From NCBI GenBank assembly GCA_951406725.2, contig OX597815.1, positions 186,000,001 through 186,064,000 of the forward strand: a stretch of 64,000 bases of DNA, written 5' to 3'. Position numbers and translations under genes: made by a program. Every line of letters starts with the position of its first letter. The first letter of the stretch is position 1. The notes below the pieces were generated by a model that saw only the letters and a list, made by a program, of their open reading frames with translations, had not been told where the DNA came from and did not search any database. Source of the stretch: Octopus vulgaris. Lineage: Eukaryota. Below are positions 1 through 13,189 of the stretch, one piece after another.

Positions 1-296
1 CCTTTACACTTCATATTGACATTTCTGTGATAACGATCCCTATTGATCAATTTTTTTCCTCTCCCCCTTTTTTTTTAACCCCCTTTTTTTTTGTCCTCTT
101 TCTCTCCTTTTACGATCCCTTTTGATCGAAACTCCCCCTTCCTTTTTTTTTATTATTATTTTTTTTAAAACCTTCAAAAGAAAAGCTCTACCTTGTAATT
201 TGTTCTATCTGTGTGCAGCCCTGTGTGGCTAATAAAGAAACATATCTATCTATCTATCTATCTATCTGTCTATCTATCTTTCTATCTATCTATCTA

Positions 297-356
<60 letters not shown>

Positions 357-364
357 TCTAATCC

Positions 365-792
365 CTTTTACTCTTTTACTTGTTTCAGTCATTTGAATGC
401 GGCCATGCTGGAGCATCGCCTTTAGTCGAGCAGGACTTTAATCGACCCCAGGACTTATTCATTGTAAGCCTAGTACTTATTCTATCGGATCTTTTTGTCG
501 AACCGCTAAGTTACGGGGGCGTAAACACACCAGCATTGGTTGTCAAGCGATGTTGGGGAGGAGGGAGACAAACAGAAACGCACAAACATATACACACACA
601 TACATATAAATATATATATATATACATATATACAACGGCCTTCTTTCAGTTTCCGTCTACCAAATCCAGCCACAAGGCTTTAGTCGGCCCGAGGCTATAG
701 TAGAAGACACTTGCTCAAGGTACCACGCAGTGGGACTGATCCCGGAACCATATGATTGGTAAGCAAGCTACTTACCACACAGCCACCTCTCC
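365..792 (-). mobile_element. tRNA-derived CORE-type SINE (SINE-B)
   Basis: Head with A/B-box-like motifs, CORE-like accttgagcaagtgtctt, internal (TA)/(TG) tract, and a tail ending (agtaaaag)n. Many copies in the window. Confidence 0.88.
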
Positions 793-1671
793 TTTCTATT
801 ATTCGTCCATATAATCTTTCATTACTTTCAGCCCCTTATTTTTCAGTCATCAGTACTTGATATCACACAAACATAAAAAGACACGCGACTCCTTGTTTTG
901 TTGCTTTTGTTTAGATTCTGCTGGTCTAATTCCAATAGAACTGTAGAACTTATGTTAAAGGTCCAACGTGCTAATATAACCCTCAAAGCCAGAAGCCTAC
1001 GTATGTTGTTTTTTTCTTTTCCATTATCTAATTTCGTTTGTCTGTAAACGTCTTTTTCTCTTTTGACTGTTGACCATTGCAAATCGGACTAAGTGTATCT
1101 GGTTGAAGAGCAAATTTCAGCAAATTGTTGTTAAACTGCTACATAAGTCCACATATTCCATTTATTTTGGGTGTTTCGAAAAAGCAACAATTTAAGGTGA
1201 GAATCGCAACTGGTAACAAATGGACCCACTGTTATGTATTCTAACTTTGTTGTAGCAGACGATATCCATATGAAACAGTAATGCTGTGAAACTGCTGGAA
1301 ATAAAATAACAATGTTATGTTAATTTATTTGCAACAGTGCGGTTAGAAATGGTGTTGCCCGAGCAACTAGGACAACATCCCCGCATCCACCACTGAGATT
1401 GGGAGCAAAAGTGAATAATGAAAATATTTAAAGAATACGAAAGGACGGCCTGTTTCAAATGGGTAGAAAATGAGAAAATTTGTTGTTTTTTTTTCAATTA
1501 TATTATCAAAGTGAAACGAAACTGATTCAAGTGGGAACAGTAAATATGATGTGAACGCGAGTCGTCGCAAGACAGAACAACAGAAACAATAACAAGTTTG
1601 TGAATGACTGGTATATCCATCTCTACCCAAACAGACCTGGTAGAGACAACTGCAGCAGAATTTACTGGTCA

Positions 1672-2075
1672 TACCTATTTCTTTACTACCTACAAGGGGC
1701 TAAACACAGAGAGGACAAACAAGGACAGGTAAACGGATTAAGTCGATTACATCGAACCCAATGCGTAACTGGTACTTAATTCATCGACCCCGAAAGGGTG
1801 AAAGGCAAAGTCGACCTCGGCGGAATTTGAACTCAGAACATAACTATTTATTTACTACTCACAAGGGGCTAAATACAGAGGGGACAAACAAGGACAGACA
1901 AACGGATTAAGTCGATTACATCGATTCCAGTGCGTAACTGGTACTTAATTTATCGACCCCGAAAGGATGAAAGGCAAAGTCGACCTCGGCGGAATTTGAA
2001 CTCAGAACATAACGGCAGACGAAATACGGCTACGCATTTCGCCCGGCGTGCTAACGTTTCTGCCAGCTCGCCGCC
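1672..2075 (-). mobile_element. tRNA-derived SINE-A, head-to-tail dimer
   Basis: A box (tggcagaaacgttag), B box (gagttcaaattcc), central gcctttcatcctttcggggtcgataaattaagtaccag domain (resembles the Meta/MESC-type SINE core), and a tail ending aaagaaata. Confidence 0.88.
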
Positions 2076-3497
2076 ATTTTACTGGTCATACCATAACCGC
2101 GTTAGTGTTCATAAGCTATACTGCGTATTGTGTTTCTGTAAAGCTCAAAGTTTATCCAGATAGATATCAATATGCATTCTCCAAGCAGATGATAACTTAT
2201 ATCACAAGAGCAATGTTGCTTGTTTTATCAAAATTTTTTTTTTTAATGTTCGTGATCACGAGAACTAAATATAAAATGAATGTAGGAAATTACTGTTATA
2301 AAAACATTTGTCGCCTCACGAACATAATACCTAATAAAATTAGCAGTTTAGCATTCAAAAACGCTAGATAAAGAAAATTAAATATCATCCGAAGTAATAT
2401 CCATAAAAAACGATAAAGGATTTAGAATATAGCTTCTGGTAGGTAATGGTGATTCAACATTAATTGAACGGATGCCATCTATGTTCCGTGGCAACATATC
2501 TTTAATATAATAATAGTAATTTACCCAAATTTTGCTCTGATTTATTTTTATGTCTTCTGCAGCGTTTATATCAGTTAAACTTCAGTATGATTCTCTCCTT
2601 TTCTGAAACAAAAGGTGAATACCAACCAGAATGTTGAAGTCAATTTTACTGTCGATATTTAGCGCCGTCCACCAACTGTTAATTATATCAATTTAACAAC
2701 CAGAATGATCCGCTCTCTCGTAATTTAAAGGATGAAAATAGCGAGAAAGGGGCAAAGATAACCACAATCATGTTATTCTCTTCGAATTAAAATAAATCAT
2801 GAAAGTATTTTTACATCTCGTCTGTCTCTTGAAAGATATCAATCATGTTTCTTTATAACCAATTAGCTACTTAAACTTTATTCCGTTACCAATGTTAAAC
2901 AAAGTTGAGCTATAAATCTATATATTTGATCAATTTAAAAACCCATCTGGATATTAGCAAAGTCTTTTCTGAACTATGCGGCAATAAATCTTTGCAAATG
3001 TTCTCAACTTTCTAAGAACAGGTTTCTACTAAATTGAGTTAGGTCAACAGTTAAGTGGTCTGACACACTTGATGGAATAAACCAAATTATGTTATTTGAT
3101 TCCGGTAATTAAAAAAAGGCAAGGGAGACAACTGCAAATTTGAATTAACAAAAATCAATTAAATATAGAACACATTTGGAAGAAATTCTAATATAAGGTG
3201 ATACGATCAGTGTTTATATGGGTAAATTTATACGATGTAGATTGTTCGAAAGAGGATAATGATTTTAGAGATTAACGTTTGCTGATGACTATGGGGAAAC
3301 AAACTGGTAGTATCAAGTAAAGACAATTGGAAATAGCTATTTAATGCGTATTGAATAGAGTTTTATCAAGACTAAAATCATATGTGCATTCAATGTTGGG
3401 CGCCTTGAACATTTTGCAAGCAATTTAATATAGACATTTTCTCAAAATGATCACCAAAGTTAAATTATACATTGCTCTAGTATTATTAGTAAAAAGG

Positions 3498-4075
3498 AAG
3501 GCGGCGAGCTGGCAGAAGCGTTAGCAAGCCGGGCGAAATGCTTAGTGATAAGCTCTGAGTTCAAATTCCGCCGAATTCTTCCTTTCGGACTCGATAAAGT
3601 AAGTACCAGTTACGCACAGGGGTCGATGTAATCGACTTAATCCGTTTGTCTGTCCTTGTTTGTCTCCTCTACCTGTGGGTAGTAAAGAAATAGGTATTTC
3701 GTCTATCTTTACGTTCTGAGTTCAAATTCCGCCGAGGTCGACTTTGCCTTTCATCCTTTCGGGGTCGATAAATTAAGTACCAGTTATGCACTGGGGTCGA
3801 TCTAATCGACTTAATCCGTTTGTCTGTCCTTGTTTGTCCCCTGTGTGTGTAGCCCCTTGTGGGCAATAAAGAAATAAGAAACATTAGCACGCGGGCGAAA
3901 TGCTTAGTGGTATTTCGTCTGTCTTTACGTTCTGAGTTCAATTTCCGCCAAGGTCGACTTTAGCTTTCATCATTTCGGGGTCGATAAATTAAGTACCTGT
4001 TGCATACTGGGGTCGATCTTATCGACTGCCCCCTCCCCAAAAGTTGCGAGTCTTATGCCTAGAGTAAAAAAGATT
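3498..4075 (+). mobile_element. SINE-A tandem array (three units)
   Basis: Three successive B-box/core units. Confidence 0.88.
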
Positions 4076-4579
4076 ATTAGTAAATAGTATGCTAATCTGC
4101 ATAATATAGTGAAACAGGAAATTGTAATTAAATTACACCTATCAGACTGAAGAAAGGTAATTATCTGAATAATTAAGCAATTTGATACGAGAGACAACTA
4201 CGAAATTTAAATAATTTAAATTAATTGTAAATAGAAAGCAGCGAGAAATGGTGCAGGAACATCTTTGGCCAAGTAGTGACAACATTGGATGTTTCAGTCT
4301 TATAAAACCTCATTAGGGAAGTATATTCTAACATTTGCGACCAATGTTAAAACACTACTGAAGTATCTTTTATCTTTTAATTGTTTCAGTTATGGAACTT
4401 TAGCCATATTGGGGTAACATCTGGAAGGGATTTAGTTGACGAAATCGGCATATGAACTAGGTTCTTTTTTAAAGTCTGGCAATTATTCTATCGGTTTCTC
4501 TTGCTGATCCGCTAAGTTACGTTGACGTAAACCAACCAATGCCGATTGTAAAGAGGTGACATGCGTACAAATACAAATG

Positions 4580-4660
<81 letters not shown>

Positions 4661-4662
<2 letters not shown>

Positions 4663-4860
4663 AGTTAATCCAAACAAGAAAGCACAAAAAACACAACAAC
4701 GCGAGGACGTGGAACAAATATGGTATTATTGGACGCTCAGGAAAGAAGGTGGGTTTAACGTTTCGAGCGGAGCTCTTCGTCGGAAACATAGGAGAAGGAA
4801 AGATCCAGAGAAGGGAAGACAGAGGGGAAAAAATCGCCAACGCTATACACGCGGTCACAT
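4661..4860 (-). mobile_element. Family A short element (~200 bp) with hammerhead motif, abutting (TA)n
   Basis: Homologous to 26235-26446, 26611-26774 and 37599-37807. All copies begin at TGTGACC and end at or near TTTGGATTAACTTTAT next to (TA)n. Confidence 0.85.
4753..4787 (-). ncRNA. Minimal type I hammerhead-like motif, family A (U4C core variant)
   Basis: Sense: GUUU CCGACGA A GAGC-UCC-GCUC GAAA CG UU AAAC. Confidence 0.6.
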
Positions 4861-5676
4861 TTTGAATGCTCCACATATATACATATACATATACACGGCG
4901 GTCTTCTTAACATTCTCCACCTACCTAATCCGCTCACAAGGTTTTAGTCAGCCCTGGGCTACAATAAAAGACCACGCAGCAAGACAAAACCCGGAACCAT
5001 GTGGTTGGGAAACAAACCCTTTACCACATGGCCACGTCTGCTCAGAATTTTAACAAATAATCACGGACACATGCTGCATGAAAAGCAATCAGTAAAGTGA
5101 GCGCGAATATGTTTAATGTTGTGTGCTTTTATTAAATATATTAACAGCCACATATTCTCTGCAGTCATTTGTCTGCTACAAGATCGTTTTTGACAATCAA
5201 CAAAATCAAAGAATACAAATTTACGACGTAGAAGTTTGTATCTGCAAAACTGAAATATCAAAATTAAATGGCAAACTATATTAATGGCAGCTTGTTTCTA
5301 CTGAAACTGTAATTTAAGTTATGATCGTCAATAATAAAACGAAAACAATAACTTGTATTCAAACCGGTAACATACGTGTAATAATCGTTCACCAAATATT
5401 TGTTTAGATATATTAAGTTAGATTTATTTGATTTCTGTAACGATTAAAAAACGTGCGAATGTTGAAGAAACATAACTGATTTATGACCTCATAAAACAGA
5501 CTTTTCCAACTTTAGAAATACTATTTTTTATAACACGATGCATCTGATTGTATAGAGTGCTCAAATCAAACACAGCTTTTGTTATTGGACAGACGTCGAA
5601 CAAAAATATTTCTAGATATAAAAATACAGAGATTTGATTTCGAAAAGCTTTTTCCAAAGAAAGCAATGAGATACGC

Positions 5677-6087
5677 TTTTACTCTTTTACTCTTTTACTT
5701 GTTTCAGTCATTTGACTGCGGCCATGCTGGAGCACCGCCTTTAGTCGAGCAAATCGACCCCAGGACTTATCTTTTTGTAAGCCTAGTACTTATTCTATCG
5801 GTATCTTTTGCCGAACCGCTAAGTTACAGGGACGTAAACACACCAGCATCTGTTGTCAAGCGATGTTGGGGGGGGGGGCACAGACGCACAGACGTATACA
5901 TGCACATACATATATACATATATACGACAGGCTTCTTTCAGTTTCCGTCTACCAAATCCACACACAAGGCTTTGCTCGGCCCGAGGCTATAGTAGAAGAC
6001 ACCTGCTGAAGGTGCCACGCAGTGGGACTGAACCCGGAACCATGAGCTTGGTAAGCAAGCTACTTACCACACATCCACTCCTGCGCC
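5677..6087 (-). mobile_element. SINE-B, full length
   Basis: Matches 365-792 over its whole length. Confidence 0.9.
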
Positions 6088-6421
6088 TCTGTCTATAAAT
6101 TCTCGATGTAAATCGGTCAGAACATCTACTCGTATATTTTGTTTTTCGGACCATATAAAACATATTTACATATTTTATATTCAGAATCAATATTATTATT
6201 TAATCCAAAGAAGAACAGTTACAAATGTATAGTATACACATATATGCTTGAACGAGCTACAATTGTCAGAAAGTCGAACAGGATTTTCTAAATTCAATCC
6301 TTTAATTCGTAAGTTATTACCAAAATAGTTTAGTAAGATTTGATTTTTAACTTTAATAAATATCTGTATTTATTTCCTCCATCTTCTTACCTCTCCAATG
6401 ATGATGATGATGATGATGATG

Positions 6422-6476
<55 letters not shown>

Positions 6477-6478
<2 letters not shown>

Positions 6479-7033
6479 GCTCTGATGCAGTACCAGGCAG
6501 TGGCTCTCATGGCTTCTGATCTTAACTGATTGGAAGTGTTATCATGTACATTGTTTTGTCTTGGTATAAAAGATGGGCTACAGCAAATATTCTGCTCAAT
6601 ACCACAGATTTGCTTGTCAGTTGTTTGACCTTAACCAGTTGAGCATGTCCCTTAGTGGCTGACGATATGTGCATCTCTGATCACGAGCAGAAGTAGTGGG
6701 GGAGCATCATGGCCATGTGTTGAGAGGGATTCTTTGGAGTTTGAATGGTTCACCTCTGGAAACATAGGTGTTTCGTTCAACATCCTAAAGCAACCCTTAT
6801 TCAGGGACCGTTTGAGCAGGATGGGCTACTCAACCTGAAGAAAATTCTAACTGGGCCCCACCTGCAAGGTCATGTGCTGTTTATCTTGATATGAGATCAC
6901 CATGTCGCGCACATATGGTTGTGATGCATGTGCCTGGTGTACCTTTATCAGACGGGTAGTCATGATGGGTATATTGGGCTTCGTATATTTTACCCCAGTG
7001 TCACTTTGATGGCATGAACTGCTCTCTCACTCA
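6477..7033 (+). mobile_element. ~555-bp non-coding interspersed element bounded by (AAT)n arrays
   Basis: A diverged inverted copy of its first ~240 bp lies at 7203-7441, and a copy of its last ~50 bp plus (AAT)n lies at 27263-27315. Confidence 0.7.
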
Positions 7034-7070
7034 ATAATAATAATAATAATAATAACGATAATAATAATAA

Positions 7071-7196
7071 AGATGGTATAAGCACACGCCAGAGAAAGGT
7101 CACAGAAAACGAGAAAGCAACCATGCTATGGGATATGCCAATACACACAGATAGAGGAATTAAGGCCAATAGGCTAGATATAGTTGTCAGAGACCA
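7071..7196 (+). mobile_element. Short R4/Dong RLE-region fragment
   Basis: With one frameshift it translates to RWYKHTPE/KVTENEKATMLWDMPIHTDRGIKANRLDIVVRD, homologous to the 720-aa ORF. Preceded by (AAT)n. Confidence 0.8.
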
Positions 7197-7202
7197 ACAC
7201 AA

Positions 7203-7441
7203 GGCTATGATGCTCCCCCCACTAATTCTGATCGTGATCTGAGATGTACATATTGTTAGTCGTCAAAGAGCCTCCTCATCTGGTTAAGGTCAAACAACTG
7301 ACAAGCAAATCTGTGGTTTTGAGCAGACTATTTGCTGTAGCCCATCTGTTATACGAAGACAAAACAATGTAAATGATAACACTGCCAATCTGTTAAGATC
7401 AGAAGCCATGAGCGCTACTGCCTGGTATTGTATCAGGGCAT
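7203..7441 (-). mobile_element. Partial inverted copy of the 6477-7033 element
   Basis: Reverse complement matches 6477-6715 (e.g. atggcttctgatcttaac, gatgggctacagcaaat, gggggagcatcat). Confidence 0.8.
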
Positions 7442-7442
7442 A

Positions 7443-7490
<48 letters not shown>

Positions 7491-7666
7491 CACTTTTTTT
7501 TCTTCTTTCAAATTTTCTTCCATTTCTTGCCGAGTGTCTTCCCGACTCCTAGGGCAAAGAAACTCATAGTGTATATTGGTAGGCCATTAAACCAAACTCA
7601 GTAGTTCGTTAATTTTTTTTTAATTTTTTTTTAAGTTAAATTAAAATACATGAGCAGCAACAGTTC

Positions 7667-9829
7667 TCACATCGACAATGCTCTTCTCAATACGTGTGAT
7701 GTACCAGTTAAGACAATCTTTTGCACTTCTTGCAGGGATGGTAAGCCAGGGATCATTCTCATATAATTTTCGGTTCCCTTCTTGATCATTCCTAGTGCTC
7801 CTACGATCATTGGTATTGTAACCGGCTTGAGATGCCACATTTTCTCAATTTCAATGAGTAGGTCTTTATATTTTCTGAGCTTGTCAAACTCTTTCGCTGA
7901 GATATTATGATCACAGGGGATGCTCATGTCGATCAATAAGCAAACTTTATTGTTTTGGTCTTTCACAACAATATCTGGTTTATTGGCCTTGATGGTTCGG
8001 TCTGTATGTACTGGAAAGTCCCACAGAATGGTTACATTTTTTCCTTCTGTTACAGCCTCAGGGTGGTGATTATACCACTTGTCGGCAGTTTTGATATTGT
8101 AATGCCGACTTATTAGCCAGTGGAGATATTGGCCAACTCTGTCATGTCTTAATTTATACTCCACTGGTGCTAAGACTTTACATCCAGAGATTAGGTGGTC
8201 CACTGTTTCAATCATGTCGTTGCAGAATCGGCATTTTGGGTCTGCTCCATTTTTCATCACATTGGCCTGGTAGTTCCGGGTTAATAGGCTTTGGTCTTGA
8301 GCAGCCAGGATGAAACCTTCGCTCTCTGCTTTTAGCCCTGAGCTCCGCAGCCACTGATGGGTTTGCTTCTGGTCAACATCAGCTTGTTTGCTGCGGGTCA
8401 CATATTTGCCGTGCAGAGGTTTCTCCTCCCACCTATCAGCCAATTGCTCGTGCGCTTTTTTCATTGCCATCATTTTCACCTTCTTTGCAACAATAGTTGC
8501 CGTACTTCCCTCGGGTTGTTCAGTTTGGGTATCCTGCACGAGATCAATAGCAAATTTTTTGCGCTCCTTGATGATAGAATGAAGCTTCTTTCGTCTCTCG
8601 TGATTTTCCACGAGCTTTAGCATCCAGTCATTCGATATTTCGAGATATTTGGCCAGTCCAATTGTGGTTGTTTTGTAAGCTAGTTCAAATTGGATCAGGC
8701 CTCGACCTCCTTGGGCTCTGGGAAGGTAAAGGCGATCTACGTCTGCCTTTGGGTGGTGCATCCTATTACAACTCAGCAGCTTGCGTATTTTTCTATCTAT
8801 ATTCTTTACTTCACTCATATTCCAGTTCAACACATTGTAGCTATAAGTAACAACTGGAACTGCTAAGGAATTTATAGCTAACACCTTGTTACGTGCATTT
8901 AGTTCAGATTTCAGGACTGCACGAACTCTCCTATAACATTCCTTCCTGATTTTCTCTTTCATGCTTGCATGCTGAATACCAGAGCCTTCATTTATCCCTA
9001 AATATTTGTATGTTTGTTCTTGCTCAAGCTCTCTTATGACTGTATCAACATCTAACACGACTGAATTTGTGGTCTTCACTTTCCCTTTCTGGAAAGTGGC
9101 CTTGGCACACTTCTCAAGTCCAAACTCCATCCCGATGTCATCGCTGAATGCTTTCACGGTGCGCAATAGGCCTTCAAGTCCATTATTGTCTTTACCATAA
9201 AGTTTTAAGTCATCCATATAAAATAGATGGCTTTTTTTTTTATTGGCAATTTTATACCCATACCCTGTTCTGTTTAATTCACTTGTAAGGGGTATTAGGG
9301 CTATGCAGAATATTAAAGGTGAAAGTGCGTCACCTTGAAAAATTCCACAGTTGATGTTTATATTTTCTGAGGCAAGTACTCCATTAGAGTGGTATAATTG
9401 GAGATTCGTATTCCACAACGACATATTGTGCTTCAGGAAGTTTGAAATCACAGGGGAAATTTTGAAGATGTCCAGCGATCTCAAGATCCATGAATGCGGT
9501 ATACTGTCGAAGGCCTTTTTATAGTCAATCCATGCGGTGCTGAGATTTCTGCGCTTGTGACAGTTCTCAAGGATCATACGATTGATTAGCAGTTGATCTT
9601 TGCATCCGTAAGAGCCTCGGCGGCACCCTTTTTGTTCAATGGGGAAAATATCGTTCTTCTCCATGAATGCATATGTTTTCTCCGCCAGGATAGATGTTAG
9701 GATTTTATATGTGGTGGATAGACAGGTTATAGGCCGATAGTTTTTTGGAAGGTTGGTTTCGTTATTCTTTGGGAGTAGGTAAGTAATGCCACTTGCTAAC
9801 CATTCAGATGTTTTCTTTGGGTCTCTCAT
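7667..9829 (-). CDS. Reverse transcriptase / zinc knuckle / restriction-like endonuclease polyprotein (uninterrupted 720-aa C-terminal part of the R4/Dong ORF)
   Basis: Motifs as for the element. The same frame continues upstream through a single TGA at 9884-9886 into ORF 9884-10204, and a 1-bp frameshift near 10183-10187 links it to ORF 10170-10457. Confidence 0.92.
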   Translation of the reverse strand: MRDPKKTSEWLASGITYLLPKNNETNLPKNYRPITCLSTTYKILTSILAEKTYAFMEKNDIFPIEQKGCRRGSYGCKDQLLINRMILENCHKRRNLSTAWIDYKKAFDSIPHSWILRSLDIFKISPVISNFLKHNMSLWNTNLQLYHSNGVLASENININCGIFQGDALSPLIFCIALIPLTSELNRTGYGYKIANKKKSHLFYMDDLKLYGKDNNGLEGLLRTVKAFSDDIGMEFGLEKCAKATFQKGKVKTTNSVVLDVDTVIRELEQEQTYKYLGINEGSGIQHASMKEKIRKECYRRVRAVLKSELNARNKVLAINSLAVPVVTYSYNVLNWNMSEVKNIDRKIRKLLSCNRMHHPKADVDRLYLPRAQGGRGLIQFELAYKTTTIGLAKYLEISNDWMLKLVENHERRKKLHSIIKERKKFAIDLVQDTQTEQPEGSTATIVAKKVKMMAMKKAHEQLADRWEEKPLHGKYVTRSKQADVDQKQTHQWLRSSGLKAESEGFILAAQDQSLLTRNYQANVMKNGADPKCRFCNDMIETVDHLISGCKVLAPVEYKLRHDRVGQYLHWLISRHYNIKTADKWYNHHPEAVTEGKNVTILWDFPVHTDRTIKANKPDIVVKDQNNKVCLLIDMSIPCDHNISAKEFDKLRKYKDLLIEIEKMWHLKPVTIPMIVGALGMIKKGTENYMRMIPGLPSLQEVQKIVLTGTSHVLRRALSM

Positions 9830-10515
9830 AATTCCATTGAGCAGCTGAACTAGCTTACCGTGTGCGCACGGGAGCGATGCGAGTCAGAAATTCGGCACCC
9901 TATCTTTACCGGGGGATTTCCAATTATGGGCCTTCGTGAGTACCTTTCTTAGGTCTGCTATTGTGATGTCTTCCCATGCTTGTTGTTGTAAATTTTTGTA
10001 GGATCCTTCAGTTTGTATAATCCAGTCTGCATTTATGTTGTACGTCTTCTTGTCACTCCAAATCCTTTTCCAAAAGTTTTGAACTTCTTCCATGGGAGGG
10101 GGGTCTTTAACGGTTACTTTCTCCTTCCCTATTTCTCTGTAGAATTTTTTGGCATTGGATGTGAACAGCTTATTTTGCTTGTAAAAACTTGTTTCTCTTC
10201 TCAAATCTTCGTATTCTTTGGGCTTTTGCTTGGACTTTTTGTTTCAGCTTTTCTTTTATTGATATCAGTTCTTCTCTTGGTGAGGATCCAAATTTTCTCT
10301 TCATCTTTCTTCCTGTTCTGGATCTTACATCATTTCCACATATTAGTTCATTTAATATTGATATTTCCCCTCTCATAAATTCAATCTCTTTTTCAATTTT
10401 ACTTCTCCAGGTTTGATTTCTTCCCAGGTTTTGTTTTCTTTGTTTTTTCGGGGGCATACAGCTGGTTTCAATTGCCCTAGCAGAAGCGTAAATAATTTCA
10501 TTTCACTCAGTAAAA

Positions 10516-10517
<2 letters not shown>
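9830..10517 (-). pseudogene. Disrupted N-terminal part of the R4/Dong ORF
   Basis: KAQRIRRFEKRNKF/YKQNKLF..KKFYREI..FWKRIWS..NWKSPGKDRVPNF*L is typical of the pre-RT region. One frameshift and one stop. Confidence 0.85.
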
Positions 10518-10957
<440 letters not shown>

Positions 10958-10974
10958 ATGTGATGAAAAATTCG

Positions 10975-11400
10975 CAGCTTATTTTGCAGAGTATGATGGA
11001 AAATGTCAGCCGTCCACAGCCAGCAGACAGTTGTTTATTTTTTCTTCTTCTTTCTAATTCGATCCTGTTATCACCGGAGCATGCTATGTCGATTATTATG
11101 TGTTCTTTCTTTTTCGTTCACGACAACAATGTCCGTTTTCCGATCTGTGGTCAGGCGAAAGCACTGAATCATTGCATCCCTCAGGATTTCGCAGTTCTCG
11201 TTTTCGGTGACTCCTTCTGGGGTTTGTTTGTACCACGTCTTAGCGCTTTGTAGGCCATGATTTCCACAGAGCTCCCAATGGATCAGTCTTGCCACACTGT
11301 CATGGCGTCTTCTGTATTCGCGTCGTGCCAATTTCTGGCATTCGCTAACGAGGTGCCATACCGTTTCACCCTTCTCCCCACAGGTCTGCATTTGTCGCTG
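10975..11400 (-). mobile_element. Degraded R4/Dong fragment (CCHC-RHD-RLE region)
   Basis: CGEKGETVWHLVSECQKLARREYRRRHDSVARLIHWELC..WYKQTPEGVTENE..DIVVV, bounded by (TAA)n. Confidence 0.85.
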
Positions 11401-11424
11401 ATTTATTATTGTTATTATTATTAC

Positions 11425-11505
<81 letters not shown>

Positions 11506-11594
11506 CATTATCATTAGTAGTAGTAGTAGTAGTAGTAATAGTAGTAGTAGTAGTAGCAATATCATTATTGTTATTGTTCTTATTATCATTGTTA

Positions 11595-11659
<65 letters not shown>

Positions 11660-11714
11660 TAAGCAACGTCTGGAAGAATCCGTAGTGCCTCGGATAGAAT
11701 GTTTTGAGACATTT

Positions 11715-12100
11715 CTTCCGCTTAATAATGCTCGGAATTAAAATTCCCGCGAGGTTGTCTTTACCTAATATCCTTTCGGGGTCGACAAAATAAGTACCAG
11801 TTATACACTGGGGTCGATGTAAACGACTTACCGCCTCCCCATAAATTGCTGGCCTTGTGCCAAAATTTGAAGCCAGTATTTGAAGATAGTGAGCTGGCAT
11901 TATTGTTAGCACACTGGGCGCAATGCTTAGCGGCATCTCTTCCGACTGAATGTTCTGAATTCAAATTCCTCCAAGGTCGGCTTTCATGCTTTCGGGGTCG
12001 ATAAAATAAATACCAGTCAAGCTGAGGGGGTCAATGTTATTGACATATTGTCTTTCCAAAAATTCCTGGCCTCGTGCCAAAATTTGACACCAATATTATG
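11715..12100. mobile_element. Two older SINE-A-related copies (11715-11880 -, 11885-12100 +)
   Basis: Core motif ctttcggggtcgataaaataa and the alternative tail ggccttgtgccaaaatttga. Confidence 0.7.
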
Positions 12101-13189
12101 GGGATATCGGGTTTATGGAACGTCGTATAAAATATCTGGCTTTGTGCCTAAATCAGAAATTGTTTTGCAGGAATCTTGAAATTTTTATATTTACTTACGT
12201 CTTTTTACATTCTAATTTCAAATACAACTGGGGTCAACTCCATTCTATATAACCATGAGTATAACATGAGGACCTTCGACACACAGGGTAAATTTTAGTC
12301 GGCCATATTTCCCTATTTACGGTTTTCTGCGCGCGTGAAAAATCATTATTACTGCCAGAGAATGCATTCGTTATAACTGAATCATGAGTGGTCATTAATT
12401 AACATATTAAAGAAAAATGCTTTCAGAAAATACGTGAGATCTGAAGCGCATCCCGTCCACTCCAAGTAATTAATTAACGAAGACTGTTTTTAGAATTTTC
12501 TGCGAAATCTGTTTGTAATAGCAGATAACTCTCCTGCAAACTTTATTCTACCGTCTGTAAGTAATGGGTAGATTGGATAATGTAGTCTGTGAACATTATT
12601 ACTGAAAACAAAGCAGACGACACAGCTATGGCTTGAATGCTCATTGTTGTTGATTGTAGACCTAATCCACCAGAGTTGACTTGAAGCTAACTAACAATAA
12701 CAGCGGCGACAACACATCACAAAAGTAGAATTACCAGACGCTCGATATACGACGCACAGTTCTTTTCTCCATAAGCTGAAAGCAAACTTACAAAAAGAAG
12801 GTGGTCGTGGTAGCAGTGGTGACGGTGTTTGCGTTTTCTTTGAATATATTAATCAACAGACTATTATTCTCTGCTCAGTATGTTACACGTCACTTGTGGT
12901 TATTTACAAATAATTCATCACTTCTTACATAAGAAGAAAATGTCGTCCATGATTCAGTAGCTGAAAGCTAGTCTCACCATCTAGAATCCACAGATAGATA
13001 ACACGGATTTAAGACACTGCCAAGACCGTCCGGATTTTCTTATCGAAAAATTTCAGCTCATTTTAATTCACAGCAATGAAATTGTAAACATTTATTTGGA
13101 TTATATTTTCAGCTTTTCGTTTCTTTTCGTCTGTCTTTTAGATGGCAATTTCACAGATTTCAATACTTATAAAATGGCAATCGAGAGAG

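Larger units (their letters stand above)
7491..10517 (-). mobile_element. R4/Dong-clade non-LTR retrotransposon (RLE type), 5'-truncated, inserted in (TAA)n
   Basis: The ORF has RT motifs (NYRPITCL, EQKG, AWIDYKKAFDS, GIFQGDALSP, HLFYMDDLK, YKYLG), a CCHC knuckle (CRFC..ETVDHLISGC), an RHD motif and a PD-(D/E)xK endonuclease (KPDIVV..IDMS..K..KY). A ~175-bp 3' UTR ends in (TAA)n, and (TAA)n also flanks the 5' end. Confidence 0.93.

Noticed and set aside
8357-9200. Plus-strand ORFs inside the LINE
   Set aside because: Antisense shadow frames of the RT ORF.
9884-9886. In-frame UGA in the LINE ORF as selenocysteine or programmed read-through
   Set aside because: It falls at the expected Trp of the NFW motif, so a TGG>TGA mutation is the simpler explanation.
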